Source: Octopus sinensis (taxonomy: Eukaryota). Taken from it: a stretch of 63,350 nt of DNA. The position numbers were made by a program, and so were the translations under genes. Below the pieces are notes generated by a model that worked only from the letters and a program-made list of their open reading frames with translations, was not told the DNA's origin and did not search any database. Position 1 is the first letter of the stretch. Every line of letters starts with the position of its first letter. Of the stretch, positions 25,761 through 39,923 are shown piece after piece. Location of the stretch: positions 1 to 63,350 of the forward strand of contig NW_021832130.1 of NCBI RefSeq assembly GCF_006345805.1, given 5' to 3'.

Positions 25761-27424
25761 TGGAGGCATCAAAGAACTTCAGAGTGTTCGTTGGTATAAA
25801 CTCCAGATAGACATAGAGTTAAAGCTCAGCGCTTGATTGACCCACAAGAAATAACAGAGTAAAATCTCCCTCAAGTCATATCTGTCTTAGGAACGCAAAA
25901 TCACTGGATAATGTAGTATGGGGTATACTGCTTAGAAAAAGTAAACCGGATAGGCATGGTTGGAATGCCTTTGATCATAGGTTTGCTCGTTCAGTGATAA
26001 CCTAAGTTAAACAACTCACAATTGTATGTTTATTACACTTGTGTCAAGTGACTGTACACGCTTCCATCTAATATGTGTCCTTAATTTTATCAATATAAAT
26101 CTGGAGGAGTTGATTGTGATAGAATTGACAATAAATAGTTGTTACATAATAAGGCAACTATAAATTTTAACCGACAGATTGCGATTTGAAAAGAGTATTT
26201 TAACTATATATTTACTTTGCTATTCATTATTGTTAATAGCCGTCCTGTGTTTGAATGTTAAAATAGATTTTATAATTAATTTGTATTGTTTACTTCTGTG
26301 ATTTTTCAATGTAATTGTATGTTGTAGTGTAATGTTAGGCAATTCCCTCAGTTGTTACGCTTATCTGAGAGTCAATCACAGACTGGCAAGATTTATGTAA
26401 CAATTCGAAAGATGAAGTTGACAGATTTAGGTTTTTAGTAAAACTCATAAATTATACTTAGCCAATCGGAACATTTTTTTAATGTGTATATGATATCTTG
26501 TCATATACGACTGTGCTAGATCTATTGAGAATATCAGAGAACTGTTCATTTTTTCTAAGATATTAAAAAATAATTCAGATGTCAGAAGTTGTATTTTTGT
26601 GCTTACAATTTATGTAGTTGATATTCATTTGGTTCTTACCGTAGAGCAACCAAGGGGTCAATGTAAGTAAATAGTTATACAGAATTATACTCATATATTA
26701 AATAAGCATACGTTTAATCTCTCTGTGACCCTCACTCCATAGTTAAACCTCAGATCTTTAGACATCTTGGAATGAAATTAGAACCGACTAGTTTCGTTGT
26801 AGTTATGGTTCATCAGGATTCGCTAATCTCCCTTCCAAGATGCTGAAAGATAGTAGAGCAAAGCTAGGGATTAAAATATAAACAGCATTGTAAACGGTAC
26901 AAACTAATTTATAGTTGACCATCGACTGTAATAATTAAGGTACGCACAAAAACAGAAATACTTGTGATGGTGAATGTGTGTGTTGCAAGAGCACTTGAGA
27001 GTTCTTATTCGAACATCTGTCTTAGAGAAGGATACTCTGATGTAAAACCTAAAGATCATTTAACTTCTGGGCATCCCAGTGCTGGACCACCGGGAGGGAA
27101 ATTGTTCTATCTGAAATGCTCCACCTTTGCTAGCTTCACTCACTATAAACAGTTTAACGCACTTGAAAACATATTATGGACAAAGTCCAAAGGTAATGGG
27201 GGAAAGTGGGACATAGAAGCTTGATTTGCAAGTTGCACGTAAGTGGCTTGGGATACTGGTCGCTTCTTTACCAGACTATGGCGAAGTAGAGATCTGATAG
27301 CATCTCAAGTGGCTGAGCAATTTCGCCAAGGATGGCACAGTTCATCTTTTAATCCCAAAGAAACTAGAAAAAGTGCTCTAAACAAAGCTTGCCGAATTTT
27401 GGAACTGGTCAGCAACTTGACCCC

Positions 27425-27735
27425 AGGACCTATTCTTTGTAAGCCTAGTACTTATTCTATCGGTTCCTTTTTTGACGAACCGCTAGGTTACGGAGGCGTA
27501 GACACATCAACATCGGTTGTAAAGCGATGGTCGGGGGACAAACACAGACCCACAAACATTATACATATATATACAATATATACGACAGACTTCTTTCAGT
27601 TCCCGTCCACTAAATCCACTCGCAAGGCTTTGGCTTGCCCGAGGCTATAGAAGACACTTGCCCAAGGTGCCACGCCGTGGGAATGAACCCGGAATCATGT
27701 GGTTGGGAAGCAACCTTCTTTCCTCACAGCCACGC
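27425..27735 (-). mobile_element. SINE family B
   Basis: Same diagnostic blocks as the other copies (GACACTTGCCCAAGGTGCCACG; GAACCGCTAGGTTACGG). Confidence 0.85.
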
Positions 27736-27854
27736 CTTAATATTATATTTATTTCTCTCTACCTTTATATATATTTATCTACACACAGACAGACAGACAG
27801 ACACCTCTACATACCCACACACACATGTATACATATACACATATATATGATATA

Positions 27855-27935
<81 letters not shown>

Positions 27936-28149
27936 CCTAAAATAAATGTAATCAACGGTTTTCAATATGTCCTTCCAGTAGATCTTCGTACCGTTGGAAC
28001 TTTTTCAAATGTTAACAATGATGTAATTGTACATGCTAATGACACAAATCACATCCATTTTTCATAGAAAATAATAAGTTACAAACCTCGAAAGCTTGAA
28101 ATTTCAGCCAATCAGGGTGGGGGGGGGAGTGTAGGGCTTTCATTATCAA

Positions 28150-28440
28150 CATCGCAGAAGTCGCATCGCATTCCTCGCGTATGGGAGGAATACCTGTCGT
28201 GTCTCGCGACACGTACTGCCGAAGTTCATGTCAGTAGTCTTTCCTGATTGTATTTTCTTCTCGAGAACACAATTACGTCAGTTTCGACAACTGTTCCTGG
28301 ACCACCAATCTTTAATGGATTGTAGAGTATAGGTCGTTCGCACATACTTCGCAGATATAGTTGTAATAAAAACTGTCCTCTGTTATTCTCAACTCCTCTA
28401 CACAGAAACGAACAGTGGTCAGTTCTATCACCCAGGAATA
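28150..28440 (-). pseudogene. Merlin/IS1016 (ISXO2-like) transposase remnant
   Basis: Minus strand NYICEVC..LYNPLKIGGPGTVVETDVIVFSRRKYNQER..FGSTCRETRQVF, matching the Merlin KIGGPGxxVEIDESxFxRRKYNxGR..WVFGGICRET motif. Confidence 0.8.
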
Positions 28441-28549
28441 AAGAAATAGAACCACAGTTTAAAGAGGAAGACTACTACCTTCCAACCCCTTTGCCTCTTC
28501 TCACAGACATACATTCGTGGCATTTATTTTTAGTGTAGCGTTATTAGAC

Positions 28550-28961
28550 GGGATCTTCGGTTTGAACGGCAGTTTTTAACATAATTTCTAGGCAACTAAA
28601 AAATTTTAAACTTCGTATACTGGTAGAATGTGTTTATAAAACATCTTTTTCTCTTGGCTTTATTGAGAAAATTCTATAGTTTGTAAGATATTTGTTGTTG
28701 TTTTTCTTCAATTTCTGCAATTTCAACCAATCAGTGACGTCTATTGAGTTAAAAAGCATTCTGTGTCGTATGAATATGTCCCTCGTTTAAGAAACAGATT
28801 GAGTTTATTTACACTTGTGAAGAAAAAAAAGATACCCTTCCCCCACCCCTATCCCTAACCCTAACTAACCCTAATTAACCCTAACCCTAAAAGAGTTTGA
28901 AATGCAATAGATCGATTCTAGGGTCATAATTATGGGTTATGACACCGCTAGAAAAAACTGC
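28550..28961. mobile_element. MITE-like repeat carrying internal (CCCTAA)n telomere-like units
   Basis: Left end GGGATCTTCGGTTTGAACGGCAGTTTTT; right end keeps only AAAAAACTGC of the inverse; CCCTAA units at 28847-28890; about 45 bp shared in inverse orientation with 12318-12360. Confidence 0.55.
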
Positions 28962-29517
28962 TTTTTTTTTTTAATAGCAACAAATAAATAAAAAGTAAAA
29001 TAAATTGCTTCGTCGTCATATTATCCAACGAGTTCCCGAAATACTCATTTTGTAAGAAAAATAAATGTATTTAATAAAGACAATATTAAAATCACAACTT
29101 GCCGTGCTAGTTCAAACAATACCTGGCTGAAAAAATAAGAAAAGACTGAAAACAGACGACAATTTTATTGTAAAATGACAAATGCGACTTTCAGCATAAT
29201 GGGGGATTCCGATCGGCTAAAATTAAAAAAATATTTTTAAGGTGTGTAACGTTTTAAATATTAATCGTTAACATGTCGGTTAGCGGCATTTCATCCGTTT
29301 TTACGTTCTCATTTCAAATTCCGCCAAGGTCGACCTTGTTTTGTATCCCTTCGAGGGCGATAAAAGAAGTACCAGTTAATGCACTGGAGTCAATGTAATT
29401 AACTTTCTCACACCTCAAAATTGCTGACCTTGTACTATCAATAAGAAACAATTATTAACTACTATGAAAATTGTAAGTGCTTTTTGTCATTGGCATGCAA
29501 AATTACATTAGTGTATA

Positions 29518-30396
29518 CGAAGTCTGATCAATAAGTATCAAGACTGTTGCCATATCAACGAATCTAAAGCACATAAAGTAAAGCCGCTTGGCAAAAATTG
29601 ACCTTGAACTCTACTGTATATGCGCACTAAGTTTCAACGTTCTAGCTCACTTCCGCTGTTTACAGCGCTGTTTAGAAGGAAGGTGTGTAGCGTGTGATCA
29701 TCGCATTGACCATGACACAGAAAGTTGTCATGGCGATACCTGCTTAGAGGCCTATGCAGAGTTGCAGAAAGTGTATAGAGAGCAGTGTATGAGCCGCACA
29801 TAAGTGTACGAGTGTTTCAGACGAAAAAATATCGATATTGACGAACATTTTAGGAGATCCGCAACCAGCAGAACTGAGAAAAACATCGCAGATGTGAGTG
29901 CAGCTGTAAGGGGAAATCATCGAATCACCATCCGTGAGTTATCAGAGGATGTGCTGATTAGTTACGGTTCAGTTCAGTCCATTATCACTGAAGATTTGGG
30001 TATGAGACGCATGTCTGCCAAGTTTGTGCCAAAACTGTTTTCAGCTGACCAAGAATACACTCGGGTTTCAGTTGCACAAGATCTCATTGATTGTGTCGAG
30101 AATGACGGAAAGTTTTTGAAACCTTTGCGTAGGTCTCTGAGCAGGTATCGCCAAGCTTTTGAAAAAATTTGATGCAGATTCTCACCTCACCTTTCTTTGT
30201 CATGGTCAATGCGAGGATCACACGCTACATACCTTCCTTCCAAACACTACTGTAAACAGCGGAAGTGATGTAGAACATTAAAACTTAGTACACATGCGCA
30301 GCAGAGTTCGAGGTAATCTGTACCACGCGGCTTCACGTTTCATGCTTTAGCTTCGTAACTATGATAACAGTCCGAATATTTATTGATCAGATCACG
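29518..30396 (+). mobile_element. Mariner deletion derivative with about 210-bp TIRs and TA TSD
   Basis: TA|CGAAGTCTGATCAATAAGTATCAAGACT ... AGTCCGAATATTTATTGATCAGATCACG|TA; ORF 29804-30172 has ITIRELSEDVLISYGSVQSIITEDLGMRRMSAKFVPK (mariner HTH to WVPR-like linker); no DDD domain. Confidence 0.9.
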
Positions 30397-30474
30397 TAAA
30401 ATTTGAAAAGTCTGACGATGCAAAGGAAACTGAAGATCTCGTTATCATATGATTTCAAAGAGATTAATCTTATA

Positions 30475-30800
30475 TCTTTTGCTCGTTTCAGTTATTTGAC
30501 TGCGACCATGCGGGGGCAACGCCTTGGAATTTTAGTCAAAGTAATCGACCTCAGTACTTATTCTATGGGTCTTTATTGCTGAACCGCTAAGTTACGGGGA
30601 CGTAAATATACCAACACCGGTTGTCAAGCGACGTTTGGGTACAGACAAACATACGTGTATATACTATGGGCTTCTTTCAGTTTCTGACTACCAAATCCAT
30701 TCACAAAACTTTAGATAGCCCAAGGCTATAGTAGAAGACACTTGCCCAAGATGCCACGCATTAGGACTGAACCCGGAACCGCACGGCCACGCCTGCGCCT
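30475..30800 (-). mobile_element. SINE family B
   Basis: Diagnostic family B blocks on the minus strand. Confidence 0.8.
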
Positions 30801-31081
30801 AAAAAATAAGCTGTACCTCTCGCAAGACACAATTGCTTACTATTTTTAGCAGATCAAACGATGATGCAAAACGGCTCTCAGATCATTGTTAAGGTTGATA
30901 GAGTACATCCAGTAATTTTAATTATTTTTGTATTTATTGCAATGAATTTATTTTTTTCCACTTTCAGTTATGCAATAATGTATTTCCTTTCATACATACA
31001 TACATACATACATACATACATACATACATACATGTTTGTGTGTATTTGTGTTTGGTCCTCTCTGTATATATGTAATTATGT

Positions 31082-31226
<145 letters not shown>

Positions 31227-31637
31227 AACATACACACACACAGATACACGCACACACACGCACGCACGCACACATACACTCACACACACACACGCACACA
31301 CCCTTATATATTTATCAATGACTTAATCAAGTTGGCTGTGTTTGATAATGGTTTGTTTGGTGCAGGATATTTCAATAACTACAGAATGGAACAGAATATA
31401 ATGAGAGCTCCTTTTCTTTGATGAAAGTATTTTGATAACACAACGAGATAGCATCCCATTCACTGTAATGATGGCTACAGGTGTAGGTGACTGCTCAGTA
31501 AATCTTTACATTTCTTTCAGAACAGAAAATTTAATAACCCCTACCTATAATATTAAGCAGACGAGTAATTAGAAGATACGAGTCGTTCGATGTCAAACTG
31601 ATTTGATACTCTCCACTTGTGTATTCAACCACACACA

Positions 31638-31682
<45 letters not shown>

Positions 31683-31884
31683 CACACACGGAAGGATATA
31701 CAAATAGGTACAGAATCTTATTTATACATCTACCGTGTATACACCATGTATGCTCGTGCGGAGAAGCACAAACACAAACACGCATTTTACTCACACAAAA
31801 TGGAGACATGCGTGTGCGTATATGCACACATTACAGGCACAACACACACAACACACACATTTTAACGTACGTAATTATATATAT

Positions 31885-31933
<49 letters not shown>

Positions 31934-31988
31934 TATTCTGCATACGCCGCTTATCAATCTCACATCGGATACACATGCAAATACCTGA

Positions 31989-32042
<54 letters not shown>

Positions 32043-32117
32043 TATATATATATTATATATATATATTACTATATATATATATAAATATTATATAATATAT
32101 ATATTATATATATATAT

Positions 32118-32188
<71 letters not shown>

Positions 32189-32420
32189 GTATATTATATA
32201 TATGCATGTTTATAGGCGTGAATATAGAACGTCAAGAAGACAAACAAATCAAACATAATTTTAATTACATAGATTGAGTTTACTTAGGCATTCACAAGAA
32301 ATATAAATATAAATATAAATAAACGAAATTTCAAACAAGAGGAGTAAAAAAGAAAAAAATGTTTAACAAGGAAAGATGAAGAAAAATAAAAATTAAAATA
32401 AAAAGTTAAATAACGTTATT

Positions 32421-32890
<470 letters not shown>

Positions 32891-33089
32891 TACTTGACCT
32901 ATGTAAACAAACAAATAAAACTTCAGTATATGTCAAGAAATGATTCACAAGCTGAGACAAGTCTGTTCATTCAAGTCTCATTCAAGTCTTTGAATGAAGT
33001 GCAATGGCAAACAACATTATTTTCCTTGGTGAATTAATTACGCGTGCTCTTAATGTAGAACATATACTTTCTGCAGCTCTTAACAGTCC

Positions 33090-33147
<58 letters not shown>

Positions 33148-33403
33148 GTCTCTCTCTTTCTCTCTGTGTTTCCCTCTCTCTCTCACTCTCTATCATATTT
33201 CCTAATTCTCTCGCACTTTCTCACATATATGCACACTCACAAACATATATTTACAAATATACATGTATATATGTGCAGGTATACATACACGCCCACTCGC
33301 GTTCACACACAAAAGCATATATACACACATATACAAACAAAAAACAACAACAACAATGCAATCTTTCAATTATTTATAAAAAATACAATTTCAATAGCAC
33401 ATG

Positions 33404-33435
<32 letters not shown>

Positions 33436-34381
33436 TGTATGTATGTATGTATGTGTGTGTTGTGTGTATGTATGTATGTATGTATGTATGTATGTATGTG
33501 TGTGTGTGTATGTATGATGTGTGTATGTATGTATGATGTATGGGTGTGGGTGTGTATGTATGTATGTATGTATGTATGTATGTATGTGTGTGTGTGCGTG
33601 TGCGTGCGTGTGTGTGTTTGTGTGTGTGTGTGCTTGTGTGGTATGTATTTGTGTGTCTGTGACGGTACGTGCGTATGAAGGAGTTGCTCCAGCATAGCCT
33701 TGACTGCAATAGCTAAAGAATGCACACAATGGTACTTGTGTGTGTGTGTGTGTGTCCTGAAGTACAAATTTAACAATTAATATTACACTAAACTTTCTGA
33801 ATCGCTGCTTGTTTCAGTTCTGACCAGGTATCGGTAAACTAAAAGTAGAAGTCTTCATTTCTGCCTTATTCAATAAATTAATAACGAGTAGCTAAGACGA
33901 AATTGTTTTCTAATTTATAGAAGGTTCCTTCCCTAGAAGTTGCTGAGATCAATTGCATTGTTTTAGATTCCGAGTACTTATAATTATTTTTCGCTGTGAA
34001 ACAGAAATGAGTCCTCTACATAAGTGCAGGCATGGCTGTGTGGTAAAGAAGTCTGCTTCCCAATCACGTGATTGCAGGTCCTGCTCCACAGTATGGCACC
34101 TTGAGCGGCAAATGTATTCTAGCGACGAAAGCCTTGCGAGTGGATTTGACAGATGGAAGCTGAAACGGGAATCATATATATATATATATATAAATTAGAA
34201 AAAGAAACCAAAATAATAATAAATTGAACAATTAAATAATTTAATTATTAAATGATAAATTCAATTCAATTTTATTATGTTATATAAGCAAATGACACAT
34301 CTAGTAAATTACAACTGTTTCTACACCATTAATAAAAAACAGATTTTTCAAGAATAGTAGAAAGGATTATTATTATTATTG

Positions 34382-34512
34382 TTCTGTTGTGTCTGGGGAG
34401 AGTCATTCTCTCTTAGTGCCTTATTATTATTTAAATAAGTGGAAATTTTACCGGTGAGTGTGTTAAATAATAAGGCACTAAAAGAGAATGACTCTCCCCA
34501 GACACAACAGAA
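34382..34512. repeat. 45-bp inverted repeat (44/45 match), 41-nt spacer
   Basis: TTCTGTTGTGTCTGGGGAGAGTCATTCTCTCTTAGTGCCTTATTA vs TAATAAGGCACTAAAAGAGAATGACTCTCCCCAGACACAACAGAA. Confidence 0.95.
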
Positions 34513-34596
34513 TATGCTTCAAGACACGAACTCATATAAAGAATCTTGCAAACCAAACCAAATCCAAAGCCGAAACATTATTATTGTTATTATTAC

Positions 34597-34640
<44 letters not shown>

Positions 34641-34641
<1 letters not shown>

Positions 34642-35239
34642 GTTTTTTCCTTCTTTCTTCAAATTTTCTCTCGTTTCTCGCCGAGTGTTTTCCATACACC
34701 TAGGGCAGAGAAGGTCATTGTATGCATTTCCAGATTAAACGCGCAAATTCACAGATAAAATATGTATTTAAAAATTAATAAATAAATAAATAAATTCATG
34801 GAGGGATGTTATTTTCACAACGATAGTGCTCTTCTCAGTACATGAGCCGTTCCAGTTAATACGATTTTTTGCACTTCCTGTAGGGATGGTAAGCCTGGAA
34901 TCATTTTCAAATAGGTTTCAGTACCTTTTTTTTTATCATTCCTAGAGATCCTACAACCACTGGTACTGTAGTCGTCTTGAGATGCCACATTTTTTCAATT
35001 TCCATTAGCAGGTCCTTATATTTACTAATCTTGTCAAATTCTTTCGCCGCTATATTGTGATCACAGGGAATACTCATGTCAATTAATAAACACATCCTTT
35101 TTGTCTGATCTTTTATAATGATATCCGGCTTATTGGCTTTTATAGTCCTGTCGGTCTGCACGGGGAAGTCCCATAGAATCGACACATTTTCTCCCTCAGT
35201 CACAGCTTCAGGATGATGTTTATACCATTTGTCAGCGGC

Positions 35240-35240
<1 letters not shown>
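34641..35240 (-). mobile_element. 5'-truncated R4/Dong-type non-LTR retrotransposon in a (TAA)n tract
   Basis: ADKWYKHHPEAVTEGENVSILWDFPVQTDRTIKANKPDIIIKD..CLLIDMSIP..KISKYKDL..VPVVVGSLG (restriction-like PD-(D/E)xK endonuclease), then LTGTAHVLRRALSL*; (TAA)n on both sides. Confidence 0.9.
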
Positions 35241-35296
<56 letters not shown>

Positions 35297-36149
35297 ATAT
35301 CTGAATCACCACTAGCTATTTTTCTATTTTTGCACCTCTGAGGAAACGTGAGAATTAGCAGCCGACTCTTCCTGAAAACACATCCTGAAGTTGTAAATAA
35401 GGCAAAAAGACATAAAATAATGTAGTTCAAGAGAATTTTAGTAAGGCTGAACAAAACTGCTTTCAGGTTCCTGGATGGGGAAAGGTATCGTCTCAAAATT
35501 GAAGAGAGTTGTGACAGTTATTTTTAGAGAAGTGCAAGCAGACTCTTCCTTTGAATCTCTGGACTGTGGACGATATACCGGATAATCCCTCCCCATCCTA
35601 TAGACTCTAGTTATGGACAGCAAAGTTGATACACAGTGAGTAGCGTAGCTAGTGGTGGTTGAAGGGGCGAGAGGGCAGTCCGCCCTGAGCGATGCTTTTA
35701 TGGAGACGATACTTTTGGGTCTGCTGTTTAAGCCTGTATCACTTTGGGGACTCGGGGTAGTGTACCAACTCATGAGCTGCTTCGGATGGCACGTACTCTA
35801 GCTACGCCTTTGTATAAAGGTAACAAAAATACTAACGTGAACTAAAGGGGCAGGTGCAATAGCCATATCTCTGTAATGCTCTTCCAGACTACTGAGGTCA
35901 CAGCGGTTAATTTTCAGCTTAAAATTTTAGCAAAACTCTCAGTTAAGCGAACGTGAAAAGGATAAGAGTTTTAGAATGCTGCTATTCTGGGAATGAAGGG
36001 TTTGAGAAAGATTTTAGTACAGAGTTAGAGGGTGATATACGAGGGGCTCACAAACAGAGAAGTAAGGACATGAAATTAGATTTGAGCGAGGCTGGTATAC
36101 AATTTGAAAGTGTTGCGTAGCAGGAACTGTGTTAATAATGGTAAAATAA

Positions 36150-36390
36150 ACACTCGAAGAATTTAGCAGGGATCTATTGACTGGAGCAGTGATGAGTAAT
36201 GGCTTTGTGAAGCACCAGGTCGATTGTGTTCAAGCAAACGTATAGCGAAGGGTATTCCAGCCGTGACTACCTCATCTTTTTAGTAGTGTGTCTTGGGTTA
36301 CATTATTCAATGTCATTTTTTCATATAGAGAAACAAAAGTTAGGTATGATTTAAGTGAGGTTTGGCTGCTATTTCTAATAGGTCCAGCGA
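36150..36390 (+). repeat. Dispersed repeat family D (other copies about 11480-11715 +, 25810-26015 -, 47670-47850 +)
   Basis: Shared motifs AA(A/G)GG(C/T)ATTCC(A/G)(G/A)CC and GG(C/T)(T/C)GCT(A/G)TTT(C/T)T..AGCGACCA among the copies. Confidence 0.5.
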
Positions 36391-36394
36391 CCAA

Positions 36395-37480
36395 GCTGAA
36401 ATTCCTTCGTTAGGTCGGCAAGTAAAGGTTTGCTTATTAGGTGGATGGAAATCGACCTACAATTATTTATGTAAGTAGCTGTTTTAGTTATGCCGGTAAT
36501 GTTGACGTAATGTTGACAACACTGGTGTCTTGCTGAGAGACAGCAGCATAACAGAGCAGATGTACTTTTTAGCCCTGAATAGACTAGACAGCACATCTGT
36601 CGACTTATGGCTGCAGTAATCTTTTGAGGAAATCTTTTCTAATCAGTTAATTGGTTTTTTATTGGATGAGTTCTAGGATATTTGTTAGTGTAGCAGTAAC
36701 GTAATCCCTAATATTTGGGACGTTTTTGTGCGTATTGTGTAGGAGACAGTAAATTTTTGAAGGCTGAAATATTTTACAACTCTGAAAATGAACTCTAACT
36801 TTCGAGACCTTGCTTTCAGTATACCCTAGATGTGTGTTCATCAAGCGATACCACAAGAGATTGAGAGACCTATAAAGCAATATGGAACGTAGAATATTTA
36901 TTAGAGATGAGTTTTCTCTTTTTTAATGTCAAGATATTTTGTTTTGGAACTGTTGAAGAACACTGGATTCTCGCGTCCTCGTTGGAAGATGTTTCTCCGA
37001 TTTCTATGTAAGGCAGCAGTGAAAGATTGATGTGAAGTGCCTAGATTGTTGCTGATGATATATCTGTGTGTGAAGGTTAAAAGAAGAGTGAAAGTTGATA
37101 CTATCTGTGAAGGAAACATTGCGGTTAGAAATAAGAGCAATTCAGTTATTATTGTAAAGAAGGAATACTGTAGAAGACATAACTGAAATGTGAAGTATCC
37201 CAGAATCAATAGAATGTGATCGAAGAGAGTCCATTAACTTTGAAAGAACGGTCTGAAAGAAAGACTCAGAGAGAGAGGGGAGAGAGAGAGAGAGAGAGAG
37301 AGAGAGGGGAGAGAAAGAGAGAGAGAGATAAAAAGTTTTGCTCATGCTTAAAGTAACAGCATTGCTTTTAGTGCAGTTCTCTAGTGTAGAATTCACTGGT
37401 GCCTGACATTGATGAACAAATCTCCAATATATCTGGTTGTTCAAAAACTGTACAGAAGAGAAAGCGACTCAAAAAGATGA
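36395..37480 (-). mobile_element. Decayed CR1/L2-like LINE RT fragment
   Basis: SIDSGILH (SGVPQG-like) and RGRENPVFFNSSKTKYLDIKKEK (WGxxNLVxFNxSKT-like); many stops. Confidence 0.6.
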
Positions 37481-38127
37481 AAGAATTTGCTGACAACTAT
37501 CTTCATCATCTCCAAGATGTTAGTAAGTGATAATGGACAATAGGTAAAAGGCATAATCGGAAAGATTGCTTTCATTGAGGACCGGAAATACTGTAAATTA
37601 TTTCAGAGGATAGGGTGAGGACTTTATCTTTCTACAGAGAAAAATATCGAAGAGTTTTAACGTGCATAGTTTGTAAATTTGGGGCACACTATTTGAAAAT
37701 AATGGGAAGAACACTACGACAATCTGTGTTATTTTATTTGCTTGAACAAATCGGAGTTTTGGTTTTGATAACTCTGTGAATAAGGGAAATTTTATTAAAG
37801 GTTTTCAGGTTTGTGCGTGTGTGTAGTCAAGCGAAGTTGAGTTGGAACCCAAACAAACAGCAAATATATAATCGGTGGGTGACTGCGACTTATAGAGTTT
37901 GCTTAGTCGAAGTATAGCAAGAAAGAGGCTTCTCCAAAGTTAAGAGATAACCTTTTAGCAAGAGACCAAAAGACATGGATGCACTTTGGAATGAAAGAGA
38001 AAATGTCATATGCTCAATAAAGAAACAGTTTTTTCTGCACACGCTCATTAAATCAGTAAATAGAAATATTTTCCATGTATATATATTATGTATGTATATT
38101 ATATTATACATGCATACATACATATAT

Positions 38128-38283
38128 TTGTGGCTGTGTGGTAAGAAGCTCGCTTCCCAACCATATGGTTTCGGGTTCAGTCCCACCGCGTGGCACCTTG
38201 GGCAAGTGTCTTCTACTATAGTCTCGGGCCGAATAAAGCCTTGTGAGTGGATTTGGTAGAGGGAAACTGAAAGAAGCCAGTCG

Positions 38284-38315
<32 letters not shown>

Positions 38316-38545
38316 AATATATATATATATATATGTATATGTATATGTATGTATGTATTTGTGTGTCTGTATTTGTCACCCCACCATCGCTTGACGACCG
38401 CTGCTGATGTGTTCACATCCCTGTAACTTAACGGTTCGGCAAAAAGAGACCGATGGAATAAGTACTAGGCTTACAAATAATTTGTTCGACTAAAGGCTGT
38501 GCTCCAGCATGGCTGCAGTCAAATAACTGAAACAAGTAAATGAAT
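38128..38545 (+). mobile_element. SINE family B, near full length, internal (TA)n
   Basis: GTGGCTGTGTGGTAAGAAGCTCGCTTCCCAACC..GGGTTCAGTCCCACCGCGTGGCACCTTGGGCAAG..GCTCCAGCATGGCTGCAGTC. Confidence 0.9.
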
Positions 38546-38730
38546 AAAAGAATATATTCATACACACACATACACACACATACATATATATAGATATACA
38601 TATATTCATACATGCATCACGTCATATATATATATACATATATATACATCCATCCATCCATACATACATACGTACGTACGTATGTACGTACATACATACA
38701 TACACACACACACATATATATATGTAGAGA

Positions 38731-38776
<46 letters not shown>

Positions 38777-39189
38777 AAGAAATAGACACACACATACAAA
38801 GACACACGCATACACACACGTATACACATACACAACACGCGCGCACAAATATATAAAGAAATATATATTTACTGTTTTATGACTATAATTTTATGACTGT
38901 AGAATAATATCGGGAGTTATTTGACGAAAGTTAGGTCTCAGGAGTGTTCAAAACACCTTTCTCATACAAGCGTTCAACAATATCATATAATGTATTTCAG
39001 TTCGTATTCCTAGTTGAATCATTAGGGTTTATAAAATTTATCAATGCAATAATTGTATTGAATGTCTTGGAACAAAATTATCAAATATAAAAGTACAAAC
39101 AACTCTTATTATTGTTTTCGTCATCATCATCATCATCATCAACAGAACCATTTATAATAATTGATAAATAAAAGTATATTCGCTGCCAA

Positions 39190-39587
39190 TATTCTTTTCT
39201 ACTCTCGGCACAACGCCCGAAATTTTTGTGGGAGGGGGCCAGTCAATTAGATCGACCACAGTACGCAACTGTTACTTAATTTATCGACCCCGAAAGGATG
39301 AAAGGCAAAGTCGACCTCGGCGGAATTTGAACTCCGAACGTAAAGACAGACGAAATACCTATTTCTTTACTACCCACAAGGGGCGAAACACAGAAAGGAC
39401 AAACAAGGACAGACAACCGGATTAAGTCGATTATATCGACCCCAGAGCGTAACTGGTACTTATTTAATCGACCCCGAAAGGATGAAAGGCAAAGTCGACC
39501 TCGGCGGAATTTGAACTCAGAACGTAACAGCAGACGAAATACCGCTAAGCATTTCGGCCGGTGTGCTAACGATTCTGCCAACTCGCC
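39190..39587 (-). mobile_element. Two nested family A SINEs
   Basis: On the minus strand a full copy ending AAAGAAATA joins GGTATTTCGTCTG of a second copy with the GGCCCCCTCCC tail; junction at 39359/39360. Confidence 0.9.
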
Positions 39588-39865
39588 AACGGTGCTGTAC
39601 ACTACAAAACAATAACATTCAGACTGATAGGAATAGCCAAGTCTCATCAAATCACAACCTACCAGCCTTAAATAAAAAACAAAACAAAAAAAAAACACAT
39701 TTCATAATTATGATAGTTATGGATATAGAAAAAAAGATGTGATGGTCACGGTTAAATTCATTTAAAACATAGGTTTGTTTGATCAGCAACAACAATAATA
39801 TTAGAGAAAGCATCGCTAGCTTCATTGTTCTCATCACCACCACCACCACCACCACCACCACCACC

Positions 39866-39923
<58 letters not shown>

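Noticed and set aside
27020-27192. Candidate coding exon (AG...AAG|GTAATG, open frame)
   Set aside because: Weak polypyrimidine tract, no recognisable protein, no neighbouring compatible exons.
28847-28890. True telomere or chromosome fusion scar
   Set aside because: Only about five imperfect units in one orientation, inside a dispersed element.
33004-33776. 224-aa ORF and overlapping ORFs
   Set aside because: Made of (CT)n and (TATG)n microsatellites.
35330-36150. 5' region or ORF1 of a LINE on the minus strand
   Set aside because: Plausible from position and composition, but no motif clear enough to support a call.
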